Shown: positions 13,050 through 25,072 of the stretch, one piece after another
Numbering within the stretch: position 1 is the stretch's first letter
How the letters are laid out: every line of letters begins with the position of its first letter
DNA from: Lama glama
Lineage: Eukaryota
Length of the DNA: 64,000 bases
Reading direction: 5' to 3'
NCBI GenBank assembly: GCA_028534125.1
Contig: CM052816.1
Coordinates: 30,754,001-30,818,000 of the forward strand
The notes under the pieces: model-generated
Database searches by the model: none
Told to the model about the DNA's origin: nothing
Seen by the model: only the letters and a program-made list of their open reading frames with translations
Translations under genes and position numbers: made by a program

Positions 13050-14220
13050 TTCTTTAACTCTTTAAATGTAGTTGCCTTCTGTTCTTTGAAAATATAAATG
13101 ACTACTAATTTGCAGCCTTTGTCTAATAAATCCAGTAAGATGAGATAATGAATGACAGTTGCTATTTTTTCTGAATATGAATCATATTTTAAAAATTTCT
13201 TTGCTTGTCTTGTAAGATTTTTGTAGAATATTGGTCATTTTACAATATATTTTATTCATTCTAGACTTGGATGTTTTCTTACTGAAGGTTATAATTGCGT
13301 TGATTTGTTTGTTTTCTTAGTAACTTCTCTGGATTAAATCTCTAAAATCTGTTTTCTCAGCAAAGTGAATTTTTGATTTTGTTTTTAATTGTTGTATTTT
13401 CTATTTTTAAGCCTGGGATCCCTAGTGGTTTTTCCTATGTCTGCACAACTTGGTATTAAATGAAAGATTGATCGGAAGTTGTGCTCAAACATACCCAGAC
13501 TTACTTACTAGTCTTCCACTCTCTTTTGATGGATCTCTGTGTGGTTCAAGGAATATATTAAAAGTTTAAACCATTTTCAAGTTTACCCTGGCTCTTATTT
13601 TATGCCGTGCCCTCTCATATCTCTTCCGTATGTATGCACAGATTCCCTTGGCCAGTGATGCATGGGTGGCTTCCCTCTCCGCCACCAACTTCTGTCTCTG
13701 TTGTGCCTGAGCCCAGCCTTAGGTCAACGTGGGGTAGGCAGAGAGCTTATCAAGCCCCCTACAGCTTACTTTCTGGCACTCCCTGGAAATTCCCTGGCTA
13801 TCAGTTATCTACTTGCCTGAAAAGGACTGAAACCTTAGGCTAGCAGATCTGCTGGCCCTCCCTGTTCACTTGTCACTGAAATCACCACTTTAACTGGTGG
13901 TGCTTCACCTCAAGGGAGCCTCCTCTTGCAGCAACAGCCAGACTGCTCATTTTCATGGTATGCCCCATCCTGGTTGAACTACGTCCCCACAAGGGAAGAG
14001 GTGTAGTGTTTTAGGAACACTGCCAATCAAGAATGCCATATACTCCCACTGTTCTTACTCAGTGTTTGGTAGTTTTCATGAATAAACACTCTGATTTTTG
14101 TATATATCTTATCTGTTTCTCTAGCATTTAAATAGTTGCTCTTGAGAGTTCTGTACAGCTTTGTAGTCACCTTCTGAAGAGTGAATTTTTCAACTTCTCT
14201 ACTTTATCATGACAAAAGTA
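13050..14220 (-). mobile_element. Ancient L1M (L1MC/MD-like) 5' region
   Basis: T-rich decayed sequence with reverse L1M 5'/ORF1-type motifs (TTTGTCTAATAAATCCA, TTTCTTTGCTTGTCTTGTAA, TTTTCATGAATAAA). Confidence 0.5.
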
Positions 14221-15925
14221 AATCAGTGCTTCCCCCCCCACCCTCAAAGATCATTTCCATAAAATTTTTCAATGGGCAGTCAGCCTAATAATTGATGTTT
14301 TGCTTCTTCAATTTGACATATAATTCTACATAGATGTTATCTTTACTACTGAGATTAAAAAAAAAAAACCTGAGGTAGTTCATTCTGCTTATTTAAGAAT
14401 GTTGGGTCATTACTGTGGTTATGTATTTATTTGGTTTAACATCAAGACATGTTCACCCAATTACTTCTTTGAAATTTATCTTTCCCTTTGCTAAGCTCAT
14501 TTATATGATCTATATAAACTTTCCTCTTCATTAAAAATAAAATAAAGCAAATCATGTATTTCTATGATATTTTTAAAAAGAAGTTAAAATATGTTAGGAA
14601 TCAAATAGTAGCTCAGGGTACTTCAGAAAAAAATGTATTACTTTTTAAGGTTTTTATTATAGAGCATTCTTCCACTTTTCAAGCAGGGGGAGCAGTGTGA
14701 AGGATATTCAGAGTATTTTTGTTTGTCTATTTTGTTTTAGAGTAAAGTGAATTTATTCAAATCTTTCCATCATTTTCTTGAAACAGAAAATTGTATGGTG
14801 GTTTGGAGGTGACAACTACCACTGCTGGAATCAGGGTATCAACAGACTGAGATCTACTGAAATTCACTTCAGTGGAGTTGAATACACCAAACATAATTTC
14901 CATGATTTCCTGTGGCCATTCAGAGCCCCAGTTACATTTTAAATTTGGGGCTTATACACATTTTAAAAGTGGTTAAAAGAAAATTGCCTCCAGTATTTTG
15001 AGGTTTTTCATGAAAAAAGAAACTATTAAATAATGTTTCCATTACTCTTATCTGAATGCAAAATAAGTATCAATTTTAAAAATGAGAAATTCATGAATTT
15101 CTACATAACCTACTTCAGAGCAAAAGATTAAGAGAAATAGAAAATAAGGAGAAAATTAAGGTATATACAATTATAGTTATTGGCTTGGAGTGCAAAGAAT
15201 ATATTTTCTTCAATGTAAGTATGTGAAAGGTCAAAGAATATTTTTAAAAACTTTAATTTTAATGTTATTGGATACTTTATAATACACTGTAGCAAACAGT
15301 CCAAGTAGAATTCTGATTTATTTTCATTAAAACAGTAAATATATTATGAATTGATAGTTATTCTTTGTGCAATCTGGCTAAATAGGCAGAGAAAAAGATA
15401 CAGAAAATCAATATAAAAAAAGTAAAACCCTATCTTTTAATTTTTAAAATATTTTCTTTAAAAGAAATTTAATTCTACCCAAACTTTGTTTACAGTAAGT
15501 TATCTGCAGCATATTCAAATGGTGTGTGTGTAAAATAATAGCTCACTACAACGTACTGATGTGGTTTTATTTAAACTGATGTCAAATTGTGATTTTTAGA
15601 GATGAGAAGGTTTTGTAGCATAGGGGATAGTTTTGCCTGAAATGTTAGGGTTTTTTTTTTATAGTTTAATATAAATCGCCTTTTATGCATTGAATTTTCA
15701 CTTTTTACCAAGGATTTTTATCAATATTTTCTCTAGGGTAGGACTTTCACAGAAAATAAAATTGCTACCACATATCTGGCAGATTGGAAGCGTCTCTTTC
15801 AGTCATCTTGAATGTATTCTTTTTCACCAAGTCTGGTATGTACACACCAAGCTTCACAAATCCCTCTGGAGAGGTTTTCCTTTAGCCTAAAACAGTGTCA
15901 GTATATGCAGTTGTTTAACAGTAAA

Positions 15926-16079
15926 TGACTCATGAGTTTGCTGACACAGAAAAAATGGACCTAGTATTTTATAAATGCAGCTATTTCTAATAAAGTTTGT
16001 TCATGCTCTTTTTGCACTGGGCTTGGCTTCGAGAGTCCTTTGAACAATTAAAAATATTAAATCCACCGTCAGAGGGCAA
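15926..16079. promoter_or_regulatory. Candidate AP-1/Maf site plus CTCF-like motif
   Basis: TGACTCA (15926-15932), TGCTGAC (15939-15945), and CCGTCAGAGGGCAA (16066-16079), close to the CTCF core CCASYAGRKGGCRS. Confidence 0.3.
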
Positions 16080-18039
16080 ACAGCTGGAATCATTGGCGAT
16101 ATTCGAAAGCATATACCAAGACACCAATGGCAATTCAAAACAAATTAAGAAATCTTAGAAATTGGCATTATTTAGACTCTACTGGAAGCAACAATGTCTC
16201 TTAGATGCATGCATATAATACATTTTTAATGGCTTCATCTCTTCATGGCAGTCAGTATTTAAGTCAGGGCATGAAAATTAATCAGCGTGAAATACTGGGG
16301 AAACAAATAGGGATTAGGACACTTGACACCTGGGTCCATGACCATCTGTGTCCAAGAAGGTGTTTATGATGTAGAATCAGTGATGCACTATCTGTCTTTA
16401 AAAAAGAAACTGGTCTTTCACATGTCAAAAATAAGAGTAATTATAGCAGCTTAGGAAGTAATCACGATGCCACATTGTTACCGCTCTTCCTTTCCCAAGA
16501 GAAAGATGGTGGGAAAAATATTTTTTCAGCAAATGAATTTTTGATACTTAACCTATCTACAATGTAGTGTCTGAAAATGAAGACACTTGCTGTGGCTAAC
16601 TTACCACTGACAAAATACTGCTTGCATCAACCCCAAAGAGTAAACAGAGCATCAAGAGAAAGTTGAAAAGATATCCAAAGATTGTTCTAAGGCCTTAAAC
16701 CATTAATTTATCATCGCCATTCATGTCTAGTAAGTTGCTCGGCTGTGTACCTTTATTACTAGTACAGATCTGAAATAAACTTTAAAGCACAATTTTACAA
16801 TCTATTAACTTAAAGTTTGAAGAAAAAAAAACCCCATAGATGCAGTAAACTAATATAAAAACAATATTGCAACAACAGCAAAACTTTTAAAAAAGGCTTC
16901 ATTTCTAGGGTTGTGCTTTTAAGAGTTTATTAGCAAATGTTATATGCCATATGCTAACTTTGATTTATAAACTGCAGGTGTTTCATTCCGTTTTTCCAAT
17001 TATTAAATAAAAATATTTTCATGGTAAGGATTTTTCCCTCGTTCTCTCCCCAGCGCATTTTTACTAAACTGGCCATCACCAAATTTAGCCACAATTGTTC
17101 AAATGGGTTTTAAAACAGTCTCTGTGGGGATTTTCATTCAGTTATGCTAAAATCAGGGAGAGAGACCTGAAGAGAGGGTTCTCTTCAGAATATTGGTTCT
17201 ACAACTCAACGATTTGTGTGAATCTATATAAACGCTCGAATAAAATATCTAATCAAAAGCCCCTTTCAGCACATTTCAGAGCCATCCAGGGAAACTACCA
17301 CAGTTGGAGCTGTTGCCAAAGCCTCCCTCTGCCCTCCCACCACCTTCATCTTCGGCCCTGGTAAAGGCTGCTTTGTTCCCCAGGGAGGGTGCTAGCCCAT
17401 TTTTCCGATGTGGGACTGAAGTGGTCCATGTTTAGCTGAGCTCAGTAAAAGAGCTGTAGAGGGGTTTTGTTTTTGTTTTGCCAGCTGCTCTCTTGCTTTA
17501 AACCCAAAGCCATAAATTCTTTATTGAAATAACCATCCCTCCGAGGGGGATGACTGGTCAGGAGCCAAGTAGGGCCAGTGAACGGAGAAGGTTTTTTAAC
17601 TGCAACCTTGAAACTAGCCATGGAATCCTGATCTGCCACAGCTGGAAATGGCCCAAACCAGAAGGAATTTCAGTCAGGACAGAGCTTCACAGAATCTTGG
17701 GGGCCGGAGGATAATACCACTATGTCTTTCAGACAAGATCTTGGCCAGTCCTCTGTGAAGCTATATTAAGGGAGTCTTTTTTGTTTTTGTGTTTTCATTT
17801 TTCTTTGAGTCAGCAGTTGGATTCAAGAAATGCAATGGGTAAGTAAAGAAAGCTCGTATTCCTCCTGTCTACACAAGTTTAGACTAGACAGACCCACTAT
17901 TCTACACCTTCCAAAACAACTGAGGCTGGGCAGCACTGGGGTTTCTACTGAGAAGAGGGTGTGGGCTCTTAATGGGCTCATTTACATCCAAGTAAGTCAG
18001 TGTGATTTGTGGCTCTTTATCCTGACATGATGATGGAAT

Positions 18040-18460
18040 AGTGACAAGCAACCTCTACTGAGCACTTACTATGTATCAGCCATTATGCTAACAGCTTTAT
18101 GTGTTATTTTAAAATATTAGATTGTCATGTAGACAGATGCTAGGAATTTCATCTGGTTCTGCACAATTTATTATTCACAATAGCTATGAATAAATATCAC
18201 CACACCCACCTTATAGATGGAGATACTAGTCTTTGCCAACTTTCGTTGAGTAGGTATGGTTTTAAGCATTCAGTAAGAATTAACCCACTTAATTATTTCA
18301 GTGACCTAAAGAGGTAGATGATATCCAGTATTAAGATTTAATATAGATGAGAAAGCTGAGGCACAGAGAGGTAAAGTTCACTGCCAAAGGCTGCACAGCT
18401 GATAAGGGTGTAAAGATGGAATCTGAACTCAGGCAGTATGATCCCAGAGGAAAAATACTA
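18040..18460 (-). mobile_element. MIR SINE fragments
   Basis: CTACTGAGCACTTACTATGTATCAGCCATTATGCTAA and the core ATAGATGAGAAAGCTGAGGCACAGAGAGGTAAAG...TGAACTCAGGCAGT. Confidence 0.75.
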
Positions 18461-18739
18461 TAATCCAGAAGATCATTGTCACCCAGTAGGAAGGTGTAGA
18501 GCCACAGTTTAGCCCAGATCTTTTTGATTTTACAGATTATAGTCTCAAGAACTCTTCTATCCTGTGGTTGAGAGCTGAGTAAAATAAGCCAATGCTTGGC
18601 AAACATTCTACAGTTAGTAGAGATGAAGTACTTGGATTCCACTTTATGAAGGAAACTAACATCTGTCAAATATCGTTATATGGTAGACACTGGACCAGCA
18701 ATTGACTTAGCTCATCAATTTCCATCCTTCTACATAAAA

Positions 18740-18810
18740 CTCTTACTCCTCATTTTAAAGATGGGAAAAATAGGTTCAGATGAGTTAAGCAAACTGTTCA
18801 AACTGGCAAA
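18740..18810 (-). mobile_element. MIR core fragment
   Basis: CCTCATTTTAAAGATGGGAAAAATAGGTTCAGATGAGTTAAG. Confidence 0.55.
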
Positions 18811-19565
18811 GCAGGCATCTGTCTCATTCCAGTTTGTAATGCAGTGGGAAAAGCAGCAACTTGGGAGCGACTGAAATACTGAATCTGAAACTGGGCTGCT
18901 AGAGCTTGCTTAGAGCGGCAGGGCAGGCTGAGAAGGTCTTCAGACTCTGCACATGCCTGGGAACGAGGCCCCCTGGTCTCTCACAAGCTGGACCAAGTCG
19001 CGATCCAAAGCTTACCCGTCATGCCAAGCTGTGCAAAATTTGGAGTCACAGCCTCCATAAACCTGCCAGTGTCTTTTCTTCTGCAGGAAGCTCTGCCCTA
19101 CTGGGCCAGGATCAAAACTTGATCTCCACAGGCCATGTCACACAGATTGTTACCAAGAAAGTAAACAATCCAAAATCAAAAACCCTGCCCTGGAGGAGGC
19201 AGGAAAGATAAGAGGCTTGACTACCCTCGCTTATTGCAAACAAGACAGGCTGGGCTGCAGCTGGCGCATGGGAAACTCATTATGGCCACTTGAATCCTTG
19301 GCAGGTACAGTGGGTAACCCGAGAGCCCAGCAAGGAGCCTCCCGGCCCAGTAGTCAATCAATCCGCTGTCAGGTCAAAGCAGACAGCACAGACTAAAGCG
19401 AGGCACCAGATTAGGCCCCAGTTGTGCACATGGTCAGCTAAGTAGGAAAACAGGGTGGACCACGATCAGCAGCTCAGAATAGAATGACCTTCAGTTTCTC
19501 TGAAGGAGAGATGGGGTTTGACAAAGGACCCCTGAGAGGGGGTAGCTCCATTATCAATAACTATA

Positions 19566-19594
19566 ATGATGATGATGATGATGATGATGATGAT
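19566..19594. repeat. (GAT)n trinucleotide microsatellite
   Basis: Directly visible; it accounts for the poly-Asp run in ORF 19484-19678. Confidence 0.95.
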
Positions 19595-20099
19595 ACAATG
19601 AGTGCTTTACTGTATTTTAGTCAGGACCCTGGCATTAAACAGAGTCCTGATCAGATGGGTTCACTGGAAAGAATTTAATGAGGGGACAGCTTACAGGAAT
19701 GAGGGCAGATTTAAGGGACCCCCAAAATAATATTGAGGTATTCAGTTAGGAAGCCTGAAAGGTGCAAGGGGAAAACATCATGCTGCTAGGGACCAGTGAT
19801 GGCTCGGGGGAGCTGTGATTAGGCAGGATACAGCCCCTTTCAGAACTGTGATGCTGAGGCTGGGAGGGAGTGAGGAGAATGTTCCCCAACTTGGTGTTCC
19901 TCTTGTCCCTTGATCTCTTGCCAAGGCCCCCAGTGACTGCACCAAGCCCAAAGCTACACTGGAAAGGGAGCCAAACCCATACCATCTCTGCAGATCTGCA
20001 GCTCAGAGATAAGCGTACAACATTTTTGAGTGGGCAAACACATTAACCACCTACTTTGTTAAGTGATAAGTGGGTCAGTCTTCAGAATAGTGGCATCAA

Positions 20100-20540
20100 A
20101 TGCAATTATCTACAAGGGACAGAGAGATATGTAAATGGGAAGAGGGAGCAACAAGTCAATAATGGACCAGTGAGCAAGTGCCCATCTAAAAGTACATAGA
20201 CACCAACCCATCCCACCTCCTTCCAGCCTTGGGGTAACGTAGACCCAGCGCTGCGAGAAGATAGCTTTTTACAACTAACAAAGTATGGATTATTATGTAA
20301 AATTTTCTTAATTTTAAATACTGGCATTTAGTTGGGAAAAAATTAGAGCTCATGATGGCCAAACAAAATACAACTGTCAGAGATATTAATCTCACTTTTT
20401 GGAAATGAAGCAGATCACAATGTGAATTCTACTGATTTTTAAACACAGGCAATTATTTGAAAAAAATCAGATTTTGTGACAACCAAAGAAAGGACATCTG
20501 TGTAAGTATCCAACCCACTGGCCACCTATGTTGGATAACT
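20100..20540 (-). mobile_element. MER102-like hAT-Charlie fragments (terminal part present twice)
   Basis: GTGCCCATCTAAA...GGATTATTATGTAAAATTTTCTTAATTTTAAATACTGGCA...GGCCAAACAAAATACA, and a second similar block at ~20420-20540. Confidence 0.55.
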
Positions 20541-20739
20541 CTTGTATCCAACAAAACTGCATCCCCCTAGTCATGTCTTCTAGGCTCACTTGCACTCCAG
20601 GCACGGATGAGGCAAAGAGCTCCACTGTGGGGAACATAATATACTTTTTTCAGAAGTCCTGAATAGATTTCACTTTTCTCTCCATGGCTTTTCTGAGCCA
20701 CCATCTCCCACCCCAGCAGTTTACAGTTGTAGCAATCAC

Positions 20740-21026
20740 TCGATACTCAGTACTCAAGTCTGAGTAATTAGAAACCAAAGTGGGGAAAACTGACCAATGT
20801 GGTACGCAAGCTAGTTGATAATCACTCCCCTATTTCTTGCCCTTGGCTGAAATTCCGAGACTTACATGCATGGCTCCTTAGAGTGTTTGACTGCAATAAA
20901 CCACAAGGGTAGGCAAAGGACGAGAACGCATCTCACTTCTGTACCTCAGGATAGAATACCAAAATAAACCACCTGCACACAACTTCTGTCTTAGCCTCTG
21001 CTTTCTGGAAGGACTGCTTCTAAGAC
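20740..21026 (+). mobile_element. ERVL LTR16-like solo LTR (3' part)
   Basis: Terminal CAAAATAAACCACCTGCACACAACTTCTGTCTTAGCCTCTGCTTTCTGG...CTAAGAC matches the recalled LTR16 3' end. Confidence 0.6.
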
Positions 21027-21539
21027 TCTATCATTTCACAAATTCTGCTTTAGAAAAAAATCAAAAGATTCCTCTTTGTCTGAAAGACATCTTATGTACA
21101 AAGAATAAACATTGAGTATTTGTGGCAGAAGATCCCACCCAATCCCAATTCTAAAATGTTTAAATAGGTTCACTGAAGCTGAGAGAGTAGAAAGACAACT
21201 TGTTCATTTGCAGCCAGGTATGGACTCAAGTTAGGAAACATATTCTGTAATGAACAAGCATGAAGTTTTCGTTACCTTTTCAGTCCCCAGCTCTTGGAAA
21301 ATCAATAGGAAATTTTACCTTGAAATTTTTCATTGTTTATGTGTTTAAGTGCTAATTCCTAAAGTGATTTTTTGCACTCTTTTAGGGAAGGGAGTGTATA
21401 ATACATTATGTTAATACATATATCCTTCACAGTAACAGTGTTAGTGTGTGGCACCTAGCAAATAAGCATGCGACTAAAGAAAACAGGACACAGTGTCAAG
21501 TGATTTATATTTATAAAGCGTATACTGATAACTAATTAA

Positions 21540-22110
21540 ATCAATTTATCTATTCACGTATTCAGTGTATATGGATTATGGATTTTGGATATGCCCGGCA
21601 CTGTCCCTGGGCTTACCCCGGTCAAGCCAAAGCTTTCTCCCTGCCTTCATAAAGTCCATAGGCTAGTTGGTGGAAAAATGAGTTAAACATGCACAAATAG
21701 CAAATTAAAAAATAAATGGATCAGAGAAATATACAGCATTCTGGCATTACATCAGAGGTACTCTTCACCCCAGATTTAGGAGACGAGGCAAAGTTCCCAT
21801 AAGGGAATTAAGTTTCAGCTGAGACCTTGAGGAGAAACAGCTAGCTGAGAAGTAGGAATAGGAAAAGACTTACTTCCAGCACAAGAACCCAAAGGTGCAG
21901 GGACCAGTGGGTGTGAGAGGGTGGGGATGATGGAATTATGAGGCAAGTGTGATGATGGTTTCTCACAAGAGAGGTAGGAAGCAGGTCACCATGTAACGCA
22001 TGTGAAGGAGTGTGGTCTTCACTCCACCTGGTTTTGAGGTAGGAGGGGGCAGAAACCCCCCAGCCTTCTGAGCTTTCTGCGTGAGAGGTCATGGCAGAAC
22101 CCAGCAGCCA
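21540..22110 (-). mobile_element. L2 LINE
   Basis: TATGCCCGGCACTGTCC, CCCTGCCTTCATAAAGTCCATAGGCTAGTTGG, TTTCAGCTGAGACCTTGAGGA. Confidence 0.65.
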
Positions 22111-23369
22111 AGGTTGACCCTCTGCAAAGAGAGGCAGGGGCTTAGCTGCTGGAAATAAGAGCACACAGAAAGCATATGGAAGCCGGGAAGAGGGAGGGGT
22201 GGTGAGCAATGGTGACATCACAGCAAAAAGGATTTGAGGGTATCTGAGGGACATGCTGCCACTATTCAGTGCACCGTACTCACTAAATGCAAATATGTAT
22301 TAGTCATTACAGCTATACACATTAACAAGCAAAAACTATTTTGTAGTGATTTATAAAAAAATTATCTATGACCAAGGCTTTTAAATTATTTAAAAATTAA
22401 GTCTTCCATTCCACAAAACCTGTCTGGCACAGACAGAGCAAGACGGTCAGTAGTAAACCAAAGCTGAAAAGGTCAGATAACCATAAAACCTCTAGCTTCA
22501 GAATGCAGGTCTCCTTAAAAGTTAACATTAGCTTAGTCCCCTCCAGTTTTTATTATTCTGTCCCCATTTTCTCTGCCTCAAGAGTAAGGTTCTTTCCTCA
22601 GCTACAACCATGGGATACCACGAACCATGGGATACCTGAACACACTGGTAAACAAATCAGTTACCAATCAAGTAATTAAATTTATTGAGAGCCCATTTAC
22701 ACCAGCACCTGGGAGAGGCCTGCTGAAAACACACTGAAGGATGTCGTCCTCCCATGAATTTCTCCGTTTTAAACACACGCATACTGCCCTTACATCTCAA
22801 AATTGACCTTTTATTTCCATTTACAGACTTTCAGACTCATTTATTCTTAGCCCCCATGCTGTCATGTTTACATCTTCTTTCAAGGCAAGAGGGGCAACAA
22901 GGAGCAAACATTAGGGACACTCACTCTCATGTTACCGTCAGTGCCAGCCCTGCCCTTGCACAAACCTGAGACTGAGTGTCTCCTTATACTGTGCACCCGG
23001 GCACCTCCCATCCCTCACCCTGAGCAGAGTTCCAGCCTTGCGTATATTCATTCAAGAAGCAGCTCACAAAAAAGAAAACTTTTTCCTTACTGGCCAGAAA
23101 GGGTTAGCTCCTCATTCCTTTTCACATCCAATGATCTATTTATTTCCTATCATCAAACCACACAAGGTGCATAAACCCCAAAGAGAGAACAATCTAAAAT
23201 ACAATAGCAGTACCACAGGCGCTGCAGAGATCCAGCCGCGCCCCTATTCAAGCAGGGCATGTTCCCACCTGTAAAGGACAAGACTGAGTTCTGTCTTCCT
23301 GCGATGTCACACAATAGACGAGGATATTATAAAGAGTCTTTAGAAAATTACTCAGGTGTGTTTGTGCCA

Positions 23370-23465
23370 TTCCCTCATTCAACTCATGCAATAAAAGTGT
23401 CACAAGTACCTACTATCTGCCAAGCACGATGCCCTGTGCTGGGGACACAAAGATGAAGTAGATGC
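23370..23465 (-). mobile_element. L2 3' end
   Basis: CATTCAACTCATGCAATAAA...AGTACCTACTATCTGCCAAGCACGATGCCCTGTGCTGGGGACACAAAGATGAA. Confidence 0.65.
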
Positions 23466-23935
23466 AGTATGGGTCTCATTTCAACAAAGTAATTTAATCT
23501 CTCCTCCTATCACTATGAAGATGACAGACCACTGTGACAGAAAGTTCATCAAAAAAAGTGGGAAAAGGCTGATTTCAGTAACACATCCCATATTCTAACT
23601 TTCCTTTCAGCATCTCACAGCTGAACAGACTAAAGAGCAATTTTCAAGTGGCAGATTGAAAATGAGACGTGGCATGTAGAGTCTGAATGCAAAAGGGCTG
23701 ATAACCACTTGCCACATTTTAATAATAACTAGTAGTAGAAGCAATTAAATCAGTTCCAGGGAGAACAGGTAGACGGCATAATAAACTTGTCTTGAAATGA
23801 AAGAAGTGAAAAGAATTCACTTCACTTGTACATGGCATTCGCTGGCCTGGGCCTGATCACTCCACTTCATTTTAAGATGAGTAATTTAAGTCTAAAATGT
23901 CAAAGCCAAATTCAGTTCAAAATGTCAAAATGGCC

Positions 23936-24195
23936 AAGCCTAGTGGTTAGGATCGGAAGCTCTGGAACCAGACTGCCTGGGGCTCTTGTTCATCTTGGCC
24001 ACTTACTGTCTACAGCACCTTGAATGGGTTACCTAACACTCTGCCCCTCAGTTTCCTCATCTGTAAAATAGTCAACATGATAAGTTCTACTTCATAGGGT
24101 TCTTAGCAAGTCATAAATGAATTAATAATCGTAAAGTTCTTAAATCAGGGCCTGGAACATTTTAGCACTCAATAAAATGTCTTATAATTATTACT
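23936..24195 (+). mobile_element. Near full-length MIR SINE
   Basis: TAGTGGTTAGG...GCTCTGGAACCAGACTGCCTGGG...CCTCAGTTTCCTCATCTGTAAAAT...GCACTCAATAAA. Confidence 0.9.
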
Positions 24196-24280
24196 GCCTG
24201 AAAAATAATATATCTGTGTTCATATAAACTAACATTTATGCAAATAGACAAAATAAGTTAAAATGAACTAAATATAGTAA

Positions 24281-25072
24281 ATTTTTAAATATAGTATCGT
24301 GGTAAGATGTATATAACATAATTTTTTAACCATTTATTGTATACTTTAGTGCCATCAATTACATTCACAACGTTGTCAGCCATCACCATTATTTCCAAAA
24401 TGCTTTCATCATCCCAAAAAGAAACTCTGTAACTAATAAGCAATAACTCCGTACTCCTATTTCCAGTTCCTGTTAACCTCAAATGCACCTTGACATTCCA
24501 TAAATTTGCCTGTCCTAGACACTTTCATGTAAGTGAGATCATACCAAATTTGTCCTTTCAGGTCTTATTCTGCTTAGCATAATTTCAAAATTGATCTAGA
24601 TGTTAGTATGTATAACTTCATTCCTTTATATGGTTGAATATTATTGCAACGTATGGGTAAATTACGTTTTGTTCATGTGTTTATGAATGCTTATTTCTAT
24701 CTTTTGGCTCCGGTCAATAATGCAAGAGTGAACACCGGTGTACAAGTATCTGAGATGCTCTTCAATTTTAGTGCGTATATATCTAGTAGTAGGATTTGGG
24801 GGTTATACGATAATTCTGTTTAGTTTTTTGAGGAACTGCCGCATTGTTTTCCCAAGTGGGTCTACCATTTTCCCTCCCATAAGCCAATGTATAAGGGCTC
24901 CAATTTCTCCATATTGTTTTCTTATGATGATAAACACTGCCATGCCAGAAGGTTTGAAGTTGTAGCTCGTGGTAGTTTTGATTTGTATTTACCTAATGAT
25001 TAATGATGTTGAGAATTTTTTTCATGTGCTTATTGGCCATTTCAATACCTTCTTTTTTCGAGAAATGTCTAT
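24281..25072 (-). mobile_element. L1MB-like 3' end
   Basis: Reverse L1MB 3'UTR (CATTCACAACGTTGTCAGCCATCACC, CATCATCCCAAAAAGAAACTCTGTA) running into the ORF2 end (TTTCATGTGCTTATTGGCCATT). Confidence 0.85.

Noticed and set aside
19484..19678. ORF with a poly-Asp run
   Set aside because: Produced by a (GAT)n microsatellite.
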